Source: an uncultured virus (IMG/VR IMGVR_UViG_3300031840_000546) (Duplodnaviria; Heunggongvirae; Uroviricota; Caudoviricetes). Taken from it: DNA of 64,000 nucleotides. This document shows, piece by piece, positions 30,912-40,463 of this stretch. The notes beneath the pieces were generated by a model. It was not told the origin of the DNA, did not search any database, and saw nothing but the letters and a program-made list of their open reading frames with translations. The translations under genes and the position numbers were made by a program. The stretch's first letter is position 1. Each line of letters opens with the position of its first letter. The stretch lies in the IMG/VR virus record IMGVR_UViG_3300031840_000546, one strand, 5' to 3'.

Positions 30912-31465
30912 ACATTTTTGTTTTAGATAATGATCCAATCAAGGCTGCGGAATACTCATGTGATAAGCATGTCGTTAAGATGATTGTGGAGTCATGTCAG
31001 ATGTTGTCATCTGCACATCGTGTTCTTGATGGGCAGGAATATACAGACTTGTCGAAGGGTGCAAAACCTCGTCGTATAAAACGATGGAGACTAGAAGAAC
31101 CAAGAGAAGGTCTACTGTGGAAAGCATCGTTTGTTGGTCATCCCTGCACACAGTGGATTATGCAATCAAAAGAAAACTACCGATGGTTAGCGAGACACGC
31201 TGTTGCGTTGACCGAAGAATACACAACACGCTATGAGAAAAAACATTCATGCGAATCTATGTGTCGGTACTTCCTTGATACATACCCCGATAACCTTTTG
31301 TCTATTCATCAGACAGAGTTTGCTCAAGCGATGCCTGAACAATATAAGGTTGTGGGTGATGCGGTTCAAGCGTATCGTAATTATTATCATGGAGAGAAAG
31401 CGTATTTTGCAAAATGGAAAACAACCACTCCACATTGGTGGAACGGAGTTAGCGTTACAGTATGA
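30908..31465 (+). CDS. Pyrimidine-dimer DNA glycosylase family (DenV-like)
   Basis: MNIFVLD.DP..AA...CDKHVVKMIVESCQMLS...HPCTQW...QAMP...AYRNYY. Confidence 0.85.
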   Translation: MNIFVLDNDPIKAAEYSCDKHVVKMIVESCQMLSSAHRVLDGQEYTDLSKGAKPRRIKRWRLEEPREGLLWKASFVGHPCTQWIMQSKENYRWLARHAVALTEEYTTRYEKKHSCESMCRYFLDTYPDNLLSIHQTEFAQAMPEQYKVVGDAVQAYRNYYHGEKAYFAKWKTTTPHWWNGVSVTV

Positions 31466-33177
31466 TTAAATTTACAAAGATTCGATGGAAGAACTTTCTT
31501 TCAACGGGAAATGCATTCACAGAAGTTGATTTGTGTCGTCACGGTCTTACCCTTATAACGGGAGAGAACGGTGCTGGTAAGTCTACGATTCTGGATGCAT
31601 TGACATACTCTTTGTTTGGTAAATCATTTCGTGGTATCACCGTTTCTACACTTGTGAATAGTATTAATGAAAAGGACTCTGTGGTTGAGATAGAATTTTC
31701 TATTGGTCCTAAGTCATATCTTGTTCGTCGAGGACAGAAACCAAAAGTGTTCGACATCTATGTTGACGGAGAGTTGCTACCACAAGAGGCTAAAGCAAAA
31801 GACTATCAGAGAATCCTAGAGGAACAGATTCTTAAAATGTCTTACAAGTCCTTCTGTCAGATTGTTGTTTTGGGATCATCAAACTATGTTCCCTTCATGC
31901 AGTTGTCTGCGACAGATAGAAGAGACATCGTTGAAAACTTGTTGGATATTAATATATTTACCATCATGAACATCATGGTGAAGGGTAAGGTTTCTGCTGT
32001 TCGTGAGATTATTAAGGACAAAGAAAATAGTATCGATATGCTAAAGACAAAGATCGAAACTAAAAAAGAATATATTGATAAGATCAAAGACCAAGCAAAA
32101 AGTAATCTCGATAGTATCGATGACGAGATTGATCAAAAGAAACAAGAAATAGAGGACGCAAAAAATAGGATAAAAGATCTAGAGGACAAGCACCTAGATC
32201 TGATTGGTGAGTTGGTTGATCATGACGTAAATAAAAATAGTTTGTCCGACCTGTCACTCGAAAGACGAGAGATAAACTCTAAACTCTCCGATATCAAAAA
32301 GGATATGGACTTCTTTTCACAGAACGATCAATGTCCAGTGTGCCGACAAGATATAGGCGTTGATCATAAGTGTCAGATTGTTACAAACCAAAAAACAAAA
32401 CAGTCTGAACACGAAGACAATCTACAAAAGTTGATAGTGAAGATGGACGAAACAAAAAAGAGGCTAGATGATCAGGATGAAATACAACAAACGATCAATC
32501 AAATCTTGGGTGAGAAACAATACGAACAGGCGAAGATAGATTCTTGTCAAACATACATCGATGGGATGCTCAAGAGAAAACAGCAAAACCAGAGTCAAGA
32601 GAACACACTTGATGATGATATTGTAGAAATGAAGAAGTTGATTCATGAGGGTATGGAACAAACAAAAGAAAAAGAAAGATTTATTGTTGATGAAAATCAT
32701 CTTGAGATTATTCAAAGTCTGCTAAAAGATACAGGCATCAAAGCAAGAATTATTAAACAGTATCTCCCTGTCATGAATAATTTAATCAATAAGTATTTGA
32801 AGGCGATGGACTTCTTTTGCAAGTTTACACTCGATGAAAACTTTAATGAAGAAATCAAAAGCAGATACCGTGATGACTTCTCATACTACAATCTAAGTGA
32901 GGGTGAAAGACTTCGTATTGATCTTGCTCTTCTGTTTGCATGGAGAGAAGTTGCTAAACTGAAAAACAGCGTAAGTTGTAACTTGTTGATTCTCGATGAG
33001 GTTTTTGATTCAAGTCTCGATGCAGCGGGAACCGAAGAGTTTATGAAACTACTTAAGACATTCACTAGCGGTAATTCAAATATCTTTGTGATTAGTCACA
33101 AGACGGATCATCTTGCTGATAAGTTCCACAACCACTTTGTGTTTATGAAAAAGAACAACTTTAGTAGGATCAAGTAA
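31462..33177 (+). CDS. gp46: Recombination ATPase gp46 (Rad50/SbcC-like)
   Basis: GENGAGKST, zinc hook CPVC, LSEGE signature, LILDE. Confidence 0.96.
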   Translation: MIKFTKIRWKNFLSTGNAFTEVDLCRHGLTLITGENGAGKSTILDALTYSLFGKSFRGITVSTLVNSINEKDSVVEIEFSIGPKSYLVRRGQKPKVFDIYVDGELLPQEAKAKDYQRILEEQILKMSYKSFCQIVVLGSSNYVPFMQLSATDRRDIVENLLDINIFTIMNIMVKGKVSAVREIIKDKENSIDMLKTKIETKKEYIDKIKDQAKSNLDSIDDEIDQKKQEIEDAKNRIKDLEDKHLDLIGELVDHDVNKNSLSDLSLERREINSKLSDIKKDMDFFSQNDQCPVCRQDIGVDHKCQIVTNQKTKQSEHEDNLQKLIVKMDETKKRLDDQDEIQQTINQILGEKQYEQAKIDSCQTYIDGMLKRKQQNQSQENTLDDDIVEMKKLIHEGMEQTKEKERFIVDENHLEIIQSLLKDTGIKARIIKQYLPVMNNLINKYLKAMDFFCKFTLDENFNEEIKSRYRDDFSYYNLSEGERLRIDLALLFAWREVAKLKNSVSCNLLILDEVFDSSLDAAGTEEFMKLLKTFTSGNSNIFVISHKTDHLADKFHNHFVFMKKNNFSRIK

Positions 33178-34763
33178 TGTATGAGAAAAACACTAGTCTC
33201 ATAGACTCTGATATTAACTGTAAGTTCGAGGACTTACTGTGCATGACTCCAGATGAGTTTCGATCTTGGGTTTCAAAGATGAGAAAACTTGTGATTGATA
33301 TTTGGGATGAGCAAAACGTCCCACCGAGACAAGGAAAAACTGAAGATGAAATCATAGATCAGTTTAATAAAATGATCTCATATCCCATACACGAGTTCAC
33401 ACACTCTGACGAATTGTCTGACATCCCTGATGATGTCATTGTCAATAAAAGTAGATTAGGTGCAGAGGCAGATCAGTGGTTTGCGAACATGTATAAAACT
33501 AGAATCAATTACACAGAAAGAGATAATGGTTATTCAATCTATGATCTTTTTGCGTTGGATAGATTTGAGGAGAAAATGTTTAAGGGATGCATGAGACACT
33601 TTCGCAGAGACTCCATGTATCTACACGCTCTCACCTGTTTCAAAAATAATGTGAAACCAGCGTTAGTCTCAGTTGATGACGGTATCACATTCGTCAATAC
33701 TTTCTACGATAACCAGAGCATCATCTTCAATGGTTACAACTTTTTTCTAGAACAGGTTGCAATCAAAGAAGGAATGAATACTGGGTATAATCAAGTAGAC
33801 CAGTCAAACACACTCTCTTTAACGAAAGATCAAGTTTTAGAATTACAAAGGAATGGTAGATTAGAGTATCGTCACCATTCTACATTTGATATAGATAATA
33901 TGCCTGATGATAAGGTGTATAACGTTCGCATATACAAAGAGGGAAACAGAGTGTTTCCAAAAGGATTTGCAGCGTTTCGTATTGGTTACATTCAACCAGC
34001 AGTTAACTTCCCACCCATGACAGCGAAGTATCTATATGAAAGGTTTACAGATGATATCAAAGATCAGGACGTTATTAAAATTTATGACCCGTCCGCTGGT
34101 TGGGGAGGTAGGATTCTTGGAGCGATGTCCGTTCGTGATGACAGAAGTATTCATTACATCGGCACTGACCCTAACGTTGATAACTTTTCTCCAGACAGCA
34201 CCAACAGATACTCCGATATCGCTGAGTTCTACAACACCAAAACCAATAGAGGAAACACATTTTTTTGCGGACCTGTTAACACTTATGAAATCTATTGTTT
34301 GGGGTCAGAGGTAATCCAACACGATTTGGGGTTTCAGAAACATAAAGGTGATATAGATCTTATTTTTACATCCCCACCCTACTTTAATCGTGAAGCATAC
34401 AGCGAAAACGAAAACCAAAGTTACAAAAAGTTTGGTTCATCATATGAATCGTGGAGAGATGGTTTTCTTCGTCCGACCTTAGAAACAGCGGTGACTTGGT
34501 TAAAGCCTAACCGTTACTTATTGTGGAACATCGCTGATGTTAAGGTTGGAGAAAAATATCTGCCTTTAGAAAAAGATAGTATTGATATACTTGAATCTAT
34601 GGGTGTCGAGTATAAATATACTTTGAAGATGGCACTCGAAGGAATGCCTGGTCAAAATAGGTTGGACGAAAATGGAAAACCTAAGTGTAAAAACTATTGC
34701 AAAATAAATGGAACGTATGTAAAATATGAACCAGTTCTCGTTTTTAAGAAAGGTTGTTTATGA
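33177..34763 (+). CDS. Amino-DNA methyltransferase (N4-C or N6-A)
   Basis: SAM-binding YDPSAGWGGR followed by catalytic FTSPPY. Confidence 0.85.
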   Translation: MYEKNTSLIDSDINCKFEDLLCMTPDEFRSWVSKMRKLVIDIWDEQNVPPRQGKTEDEIIDQFNKMISYPIHEFTHSDELSDIPDDVIVNKSRLGAEADQWFANMYKTRINYTERDNGYSIYDLFALDRFEEKMFKGCMRHFRRDSMYLHALTCFKNNVKPALVSVDDGITFVNTFYDNQSIIFNGYNFFLEQVAIKEGMNTGYNQVDQSNTLSLTKDQVLELQRNGRLEYRHHSTFDIDNMPDDKVYNVRIYKEGNRVFPKGFAAFRIGYIQPAVNFPPMTAKYLYERFTDDIKDQDVIKIYDPSAGWGGRILGAMSVRDDRSIHYIGTDPNVDNFSPDSTNRYSDIAEFYNTKTNRGNTFFCGPVNTYEIYCLGSEVIQHDLGFQKHKGDIDLIFTSPPYFNREAYSENENQSYKKFGSSYESWRDGFLRPTLETAVTWLKPNRYLLWNIADVKVGEKYLPLEKDSIDILESMGVEYKYTLKMALEGMPGQNRLDENGKPKCKNYCKINGTYVKYEPVLVFKKGCL

Positions 34764-35854
34764 GACAAGTAAAATTAGAGTATGTTTGGTTGGACGGTTG
34801 TGAACCAGTGGGTATTCGCTCCAAAACTCGGAACGTAAATATTCCCTCAGAAAATCCGCAGATTCCACCGACTATCGATAACATCATTGAACATGCACCT
34901 GAGTGGTCTTATGATGGATCAAGCACCAATCAAGCGGTGACTGAAAATAGCGATCTTTCTCTGAAACCTGTGAAGGTTTTTAAGAATCCATTCGTTCCTC
35001 CTCAGTCACCCATTCCATCATTCATTGTATTGTGTGAAGTTTATGATATGGATGGTAACCCTCACGCAACAAACAATCGTGCAATTTTACGAGACGCTTT
35101 TTCGAATAACAAAGAATCTGATAAGACAATTTTCTCAGTTGAGCAGGAATATGTCTTATGGAATCCAAAAGAAAACTGGCCTGCTGAGTGGGGTGAGCAT
35201 GGTGAATATCCAGCACCTCAAGGAGATTATTATTGCGGTGTTGGTGGTGACTTAACTCCATTACGTTTCGTGGTAGAGCAACATGCTCAAGCGTGTTCAC
35301 AAATTGGTCTTTATTACGAAGGAAACAATGCTGAGGTAATGAAGTCTCAATGGGAATATCAATTAGGTCCAATGGATGCGATTGATGCTGCTGACAGTCT
35401 TTGGATATCACGTTATATCTTACAGCGTGTTGCAGAGAGTCGAGGGATCGGTATCAACTATGATCCTAAGCCTGTCGAAGGAGATTGGAACGGATCGGGG
35501 GCGCACATTAACTTTTCAACACATTCTATGAGATCTGGTGATATGGATCTCATGAACACGATCTGCGAAAAATTAGCAGACGGTCATGGTGAACTCATGT
35601 CAAGCAGTGATTATGGTGTGGGTAATGAACGTAGATTGACAGGAAAGCATGAAACATCTTCCATTGAAGACTTCTCATATGGAGTCAGTGATAGGTCTGC
35701 ATCAATTCGTATTCCACCCGTCACAGTGAAAAATGACGGTGCAGGTTACTTGGAAGATCGTAGACCAGCAGCAAATATGGACCCATATCTTGCTTACGCT
35801 GCAATTCTGAACACCATTAAGGTAGAGGAAAATGCCGAAGTTACTACCGCTTAA
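34760..35854 (+). CDS. glnII: Glutamine synthetase, type II
   Basis: LEYVWLDG..IRSKTR, WSYDGSSTNQA, NAEVMKSQWEYQLGP, GDWNGSGAHINFST, RLTGKHET, GYLEDRRPAANMDPY; ATGA overlap with the MTase stop. Confidence 0.93.
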   Translation: MRQVKLEYVWLDGCEPVGIRSKTRNVNIPSENPQIPPTIDNIIEHAPEWSYDGSSTNQAVTENSDLSLKPVKVFKNPFVPPQSPIPSFIVLCEVYDMDGNPHATNNRAILRDAFSNNKESDKTIFSVEQEYVLWNPKENWPAEWGEHGEYPAPQGDYYCGVGGDLTPLRFVVEQHAQACSQIGLYYEGNNAEVMKSQWEYQLGPMDAIDAADSLWISRYILQRVAESRGIGINYDPKPVEGDWNGSGAHINFSTHSMRSGDMDLMNTICEKLADGHGELMSSSDYGVGNERRLTGKHETSSIEDFSYGVSDRSASIRIPPVTVKNDGAGYLEDRRPAANMDPYLAYAAILNTIKVEENAEVTTA

Positions 35855-36173
35855 GTATAAGAATATGAAGTCGGAGTCATATGAGACTTATCTAACACAG
35901 TCGTTAGAAAGTCTCGACTCCAACTTCGTTGTTAAAGTTTACAAAACAGCAGGAGATCATGATAAATGGTCATCCTTCTTAAAAGGAACAGATCTTAGAA
36001 TTCAACTACGTTGGAAGAAAGATGTTATCGACGAATTTATTGTAGATAAGAAGTTTTGGTACATGTCTAACCGTGAGAGAGAAGATCGTATGCACATGAG
36101 AGATCATGCTCACATACATATTGATGAGATTTATAGAGTTTATAAACTTACGAACGATAAGAAGAAAAAGTAA
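35832..36173 (+). CDS. Hypothetical protein
   Basis: 113-aa ORF with AGAGGA SD, coupled to its neighbours. Confidence 0.6.
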   Translation: MPKLLPLKYKNMKSESYETYLTQSLESLDSNFVVKVYKTAGDHDKWSSFLKGTDLRIQLRWKKDVIDEFIVDKKFWYMSNREREDRMHMRDHAHIHIDEIYRVYKLTNDKKKK

Positions 36174-36697
36174 TGGTTTACGACATATCACAACTTTTAA
36201 CTTACGCTTGGGGTGGTGGTGGATGGCAGTCTGCTTACTCCAAAATGGTTGCGGTACAAGTAGGCGCTGTTAGAGATTCTGCAACTGCGAAACAATTTAT
36301 TGAAAACTACATCATACCAGAAGGATTCAATAAATTTGAGGCGATTCAGATTTATAATCTGATGAGTCAATTACATCAGAGACAGAGAGTGCAGTCTAAT
36401 AGAACTTCGTTATACAGAAATAGATCAGTATTAAGAAGGGATAGAAGAGGCAGAAGAAGATTTACTCAAGAGGTAAATAACAGAGATCGCTTCAACGTTG
36501 TTGGAGATTTTAAAATGTTTGACGAATCTGGACAATATACTATCTATTCACTTGGTGATGTGGTATACTATGAGGGTAATAGTTACATCGCAACAGGTAG
36601 AGTTTCAGGATATGTGCCTGAATCTACTCATCCAAACAATAAATGGAAACCTGTTGACAACCCAAATAAAACCATCGATGGTGGTGATACTTTCTGA
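36173..36697 (+). CDS. Hypothetical protein with CBM5/12-like aromatic module and C-terminal IDGGxxF motif
   Basis: YSLGDVVYYEGNSYIA...P....NKWK; ends TIDGGDTF. Confidence 0.65.
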   Translation: MVYDISQLLTYAWGGGGWQSAYSKMVAVQVGAVRDSATAKQFIENYIIPEGFNKFEAIQIYNLMSQLHQRQRVQSNRTSLYRNRSVLRRDRRGRRRFTQEVNNRDRFNVVGDFKMFDESGQYTIYSLGDVVYYEGNSYIATGRVSGYVPESTHPNNKWKPVDNPNKTIDGGDTF

Positions 36698-37547
36698 AAG
36701 AGGCAACAAAATTATTCTTCTTGATAATAGTCAAGTTCTCATCGCAAACATTTTTTCTGTAGCAAAACAAGAGCAAAAAATTGATGAGAACTTTATACGT
36801 CACCTTGTGCTAAACACATACCGCATGGTTAAGACTAAGTTTGGTGACACTTATGGTGATCTAGTAATTTGTGATGATACCTCAAACTGCTGGAGAAAAG
36901 ATTGCTTTGAATACTACAAGGCGAATCGCAAAAAGAATCAAGATAAATCTGCAATCGATTGGTCTGATGTCTTTGGTGTCATGAATATCATTCGAAATGA
37001 GGTTAGAGAAACTTTTCCCTACAAATGTCTCTCTGTCGATAGAGTTGAGGCAGATGATATTATTGCAGTCCTATCACGCAAATATCATACGAGCGAAAAG
37101 ATTCTCATCGTTTCAAACGATAAAGACTTCCAACAACTCCAAAGATATAACAACGTCGAACAGTATAGTTTGATGAAGAAACAATTTCTAGTTTGTGATG
37201 ACCCTCAACGTTTTTTGATGGAACACATTATCAAAGGCGACTCGTCAGATGGTATTCCAAATGTTCTCTCAGATGATGATACTTTTATGATCGATGGTAA
37301 AAGACAAAAGCCTTGTAGCAAAAAAAGAGTTGAAGAAGTAATCGATGATCCGTATAATGATGCGTGGAAAGTTAACTTCGAAAGAAACCAAACGATGATT
37401 GATATGACTAAGATTCCAGATGAATATGAATCATTGATTTTAGAGGAGTTTGAGAAGGACATGATTGTTAATGATCGTTCCAAACTCCTAGACTACTTTA
37501 TTAAAAACAAGTTGAAAAACTTGATGTCCAGCATAGGAGATTTTTAA
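36678..37547 (+). CDS. rnh: T4-type RNase H (5'-3' exonuclease); start is ATG 36678 or ATT 36711
   Basis: ILLDNSQ...WRKDCFEYYKANRKK...EADDIIA...SNDKDFQQLQ...KGDSSDGIPN. Confidence 0.93.
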   Translation: MVVILSERGNKIILLDNSQVLIANIFSVAKQEQKIDENFIRHLVLNTYRMVKTKFGDTYGDLVICDDTSNCWRKDCFEYYKANRKKNQDKSAIDWSDVFGVMNIIRNEVRETFPYKCLSVDRVEADDIIAVLSRKYHTSEKILIVSNDKDFQQLQRYNNVEQYSLMKKQFLVCDDPQRFLMEHIIKGDSSDGIPNVLSDDDTFMIDGKRQKPCSKKRVEEVIDDPYNDAWKVNFERNQTMIDMTKIPDEYESLILEEFEKDMIVNDRSKLLDYFIKNKLKNLMSSIGDF

Positions 37548-37551
37548 CAAC

Positions 37552-37719
37552 ATGTCTAAGAATGACAAAGAGGAAAAAGCACAAAAAGAGTTTAAAACTA
37601 AGTCGAAAAAAAGAAAACAAAAAAGATCTAGTCGTCACAACTCTCGTAAAATTATGAAAGATTTGAAACAAGGTTATTTCGATCCAGAAGATTTCACGGA
37701 TCGGATGGAAGGTGTATAA
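37552..37719 (+). CDS. Small basic hypothetical protein (55 aa, not in the ORF track)
   Basis: MSKNDKEEKAQKEFKTKSKKRKQKRSSRHNSRK...MEGV*; AGGAG upstream; TAATG overlap with gp45. Confidence 0.7.
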   Translation: MSKNDKEEKAQKEFKTKSKKRKQKRSSRHNSRKIMKDLKQGYFDPEDFTDRMEGV

Positions 37720-38405
37720 TGAGTAAAACAAAACTGTCCAAAGAAACACTCGCTATTCTCAAAAACTATTCTCAGATCAACTCTAATCTGTTGGTCAAAG
37801 AAGGTAACGTGATCAATACGATTTCTCCTGCAAAGAATATTGTTTCGGAATCTGTCGTTACTGAAAACTTCGAGGTAGAGTTTGGTATCTGGGACTTAAG
37901 TAAACTTCTAGGAACAATTAGTTTGTTCGAAGATCCAGAATTTGAGTTTGGTGAAAAATCCATGATCATTTCTGGAAGAGGTGGTGGTAAAGTTTCTTAC
38001 TACTATTCAGAACCAAGACTTCTCACCACCCTCACTCGTGAGGTCAAGATGCCTGAACCAGTGATTAGTTTCAAACTCACGGAGAGTGTGTTCGAATCAG
38101 TTCAAAGGTCTGCATCTGTTCTTCAACTTCCAGACCTTTGTATCAAGTCGAGTGACGAAGGAACAATTGAACTCGTCGCACTTGATAAGAAGACTCCCAC
38201 CACAAACAGTTACACGGTCGAGGTCGGGACTAATCCTAAACCAGGCTCTACTTTTTCTTTCTATCTCAAGAATGAAAACTTGAAACTTCTGTCAGGTGAT
38301 TATACTGTGGATGTATGCTCTCAAACTGTAACACGGTTCACACATACGGAGCAGGACACTAAGTATTATATTGCACAGGAAAGCGACTCATCATATCATG
38401 ACTAA
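37719..38405 (+). CDS. gp45: Sliding clamp gp45
   Basis: KLSKETLAILKNYSQINSNL...FGIWDL...ENLKLLSGDY. Confidence 0.95.
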   Translation: MSKTKLSKETLAILKNYSQINSNLLVKEGNVINTISPAKNIVSESVVTENFEVEFGIWDLSKLLGTISLFEDPEFEFGEKSMIISGRGGGKVSYYYSEPRLLTTLTREVKMPEPVISFKLTESVFESVQRSASVLQLPDLCIKSSDEGTIELVALDKKTPTTNSYTVEVGTNPKPGSTFSFYLKNENLKLLSGDYTVDVCSQTVTRFTHTEQDTKYYIAQESDSSYHD

Positions 38406-39342
38406 TCAAGAAACTTATTTGTGGGTAGAGAAGTATCGACCCCAAACTGTTGATGAATGTATTCTCCCTGAGAACATCAAAGATACATTCAAAGATATGA
38501 TTGTTTCGGGTGAATCACAAAACTTGTTACTCAGTGGTGGTGCTGGTTGCGGTAAAACTACAATAGCAAAGGCTATGTGTAACGAGTTGGGTTGTGATCA
38601 CATTCTTATCAACTGTTCAGAGAACGGGAACATCGATACGCTTCGAACCACCATTCGTGATTTCGCTAGTTCCGTTTCTCTGGATGGTAACAAGAAAGTT
38701 TGTATTCTAGATGAATTTGATTATTCTAACGCACAGAGTATTCAGCCTGCTCTCAGAGGAGCGATTGAGGAATTTGCTGATAATTGTCGTTTTATACTAA
38801 CTTGTAATTACAAAAACAGAATTATTAAACCGATTCACTCTCGTTGCACAAACGTTGAGTTTCAGATTCCAACGAAGGAGAAACCAAAGTTAGCAGCGAA
38901 GTTCTTGGATAGGGTGAAGTTCATTCTGGATACTGAGGGTGTCGAGTATGAAGAACGAGTTCTTGCACATCTAATTCTTAAATACTTTCCAGACTTTAGA
39001 CGAGTGGTGAACGAACTTCAACGCTACTCTGTCTCAGGAAAAATTGATGTCGGTATCTTATCACAGATCGGTGAGATCGATGTGAAAGATCTGATGACCC
39101 GCATGAAAGAAAAAGATTTCAGCGGTGTTCGTAAGTGGGTCGTATCGAATCTTGATAACGATCAGTCGGAACTGTTCAGAAAAATTTATGACTCACTTTA
39201 TGATTATCTTGCACCAGAGAGTATTCCTATTGTTATACTTATCCTTGCAGATTATCAACACAAAGCAGCGTTCGTTGCTGATGCAGAGATAAATATGACA
39301 GCATGTTTAGTTCAAATTATGATGGAGGCACAATTCAAATGA
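38398..39342 (+). CDS. gp44: Clamp loader large subunit gp44
   Basis: LWVEKYRP, GCGKTT, ILDEFD, IHSRC; ATG at 38398. Confidence 0.96.
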   Translation: MTNQETYLWVEKYRPQTVDECILPENIKDTFKDMIVSGESQNLLLSGGAGCGKTTIAKAMCNELGCDHILINCSENGNIDTLRTTIRDFASSVSLDGNKKVCILDEFDYSNAQSIQPALRGAIEEFADNCRFILTCNYKNRIIKPIHSRCTNVEFQIPTKEKPKLAAKFLDRVKFILDTEGVEYEERVLAHLILKYFPDFRRVVNELQRYSVSGKIDVGILSQIGEIDVKDLMTRMKEKDFSGVRKWVVSNLDNDQSELFRKIYDSLYDYLAPESIPIVILILADYQHKAAFVADAEINMTACLVQIMMEAQFK

Positions 39343-39638
39343 GTAACATTCCAAAAGCACAAGCGGATTATATTTTCGTAGAGAAGGTGGATTATAACGA
39401 AGAGCAAACCACCGATGCTGGTATTATCATCAAGAGAAACCAGATGCTCGACAGCAGTTTCGTAGAGACTAAGATTCTTAGTATGGGTAGTGGTCTTCCC
39501 CTTCCAAACGGAGATGTTCCACCCGTAGAGTATAAGATCGGTAGCACCATCATTTATGATGCACGCAATCGAATCGGTATCTCAAAAGAGTATGATGTTA
39601 TTCGAAGAGAGGCTGTAATCGCGGTAGTGGAGGACTAA
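39339..39638 (+). CDS. groES: Co-chaperonin GroES-like (functional analogue of T4 gp31)
   Basis: DYIFVEK...EQTTDAGIII...KILSMGSG...NG...EYKIGSTI...VIRREAVIAVVE. Confidence 0.8.
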   Translation: MSNIPKAQADYIFVEKVDYNEEQTTDAGIIIKRNQMLDSSFVETKILSMGSGLPLPNGDVPPVEYKIGSTIIYDARNRIGISKEYDVIRREAVIAVVED

Positions 39639-40015
39639 TGAAACTAGGTGATTTTCTAAACTCAATCAACTACACAAAAGAGGATATCTTTGCAGAGGAC
39701 GCTGAACATGCATCCAAACAATATCCTGCTTTTGTCGTAAATCGATGTCTGTCTTACTTTCCCGACACGTTATTTCATGCAAATGAAATGAACGTAAATC
39801 ATTCGTTAAGTGAACGTGTTCAGTATGATTATCTTAGACTATCTATCAGACCTAGAAAACGGTTTAGTAAGTGGTTGAAGAACGAGAAACCCGATGATAT
39901 TGAGGTTGTAAAGCGGTATTATAATTACTCTAACCGTAAGGCTGAAGAGGCTTTACGGGTTTTGAGTAATGAAGATATTGAAAATATGAAGCAAGAGATG
40001 AATGAAGGAGGCTAA
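39638..40015 (+). CDS. gp62: Clamp loader small subunit gp62
   Basis: DFLNSINYTK...YPAFVVNRCLSYFPD...RKRFSKW...YYNYSNRKA. Confidence 0.94.
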   Translation: MKLGDFLNSINYTKEDIFAEDAEHASKQYPAFVVNRCLSYFPDTLFHANEMNVNHSLSERVQYDYLRLSIRPRKRFSKWLKNEKPDDIEVVKRYYNYSNRKAEEALRVLSNEDIENMKQEMNEGG

Positions 40016-40026
40016 AAACTAAATCT

Positions 40027-40034
40027 TCTACATA
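40027..40034 (+). promoter_or_regulatory. Possible late promoter TCTACATA upstream of regA and the glycan island
   Basis: Matches the TA(A/C)ATA core seen before structural genes; intergenic. Confidence 0.45.
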
Positions 40035-40054
40035 ATGTGTGAAAGGATTAGTTT

Positions 40055-40462
40055 ATGAGCGACAATTTATTTAAAGGATTGGGTGTTGAGATACGTCTTA
40101 AAACAGATGATGATTTTTTAAAAGTGAAAGAGACTCTTACGAGAATCGGCGTATCATCAAAAAAAGAAAACATTTTATATCAATCGTGTCATATTTTGCA
40201 CAAACAAGGTAGATATGCGATCATGCATTTCAAAGAACTTTTTGAGATGGATGGATTAGAGTCTGACATAAGTAATACAGATGTAGGACGAAGAAACACA
40301 ATCGCCTGTTTACTGGAGGAGTGGGGTCTACTTGATATTGTGGACGAAGATAAAGTAGAAGAACCACAAGTGAGTTTAGGTAAAATGAAAATTTTACCAT
40401 TTAAGGATAAAGATGATTGGGAGTTGATACCAAAGTATCACATTGGTAACAGAAAGAAATAG
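40055..40462 (+). CDS. regA: Translational repressor RegA
   Basis: DDFLKVKETLTRIGV...LYQSCHILHKQGRY.IMHFKELF...WELIPKY. Confidence 0.97.
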   Translation: MSDNLFKGLGVEIRLKTDDDFLKVKETLTRIGVSSKKENILYQSCHILHKQGRYAIMHFKELFEMDGLESDISNTDVGRRNTIACLLEEWGLLDIVDEDKVEEPQVSLGKMKILPFKDKDDWELIPKYHIGNRKK

Positions 40463-40463
40463 T

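Noticed and set aside
36654..36690. TTGACA upstream of rnh
   Set aside because: No acceptable -10 at 16-18 nt, and it lies inside a CDS.
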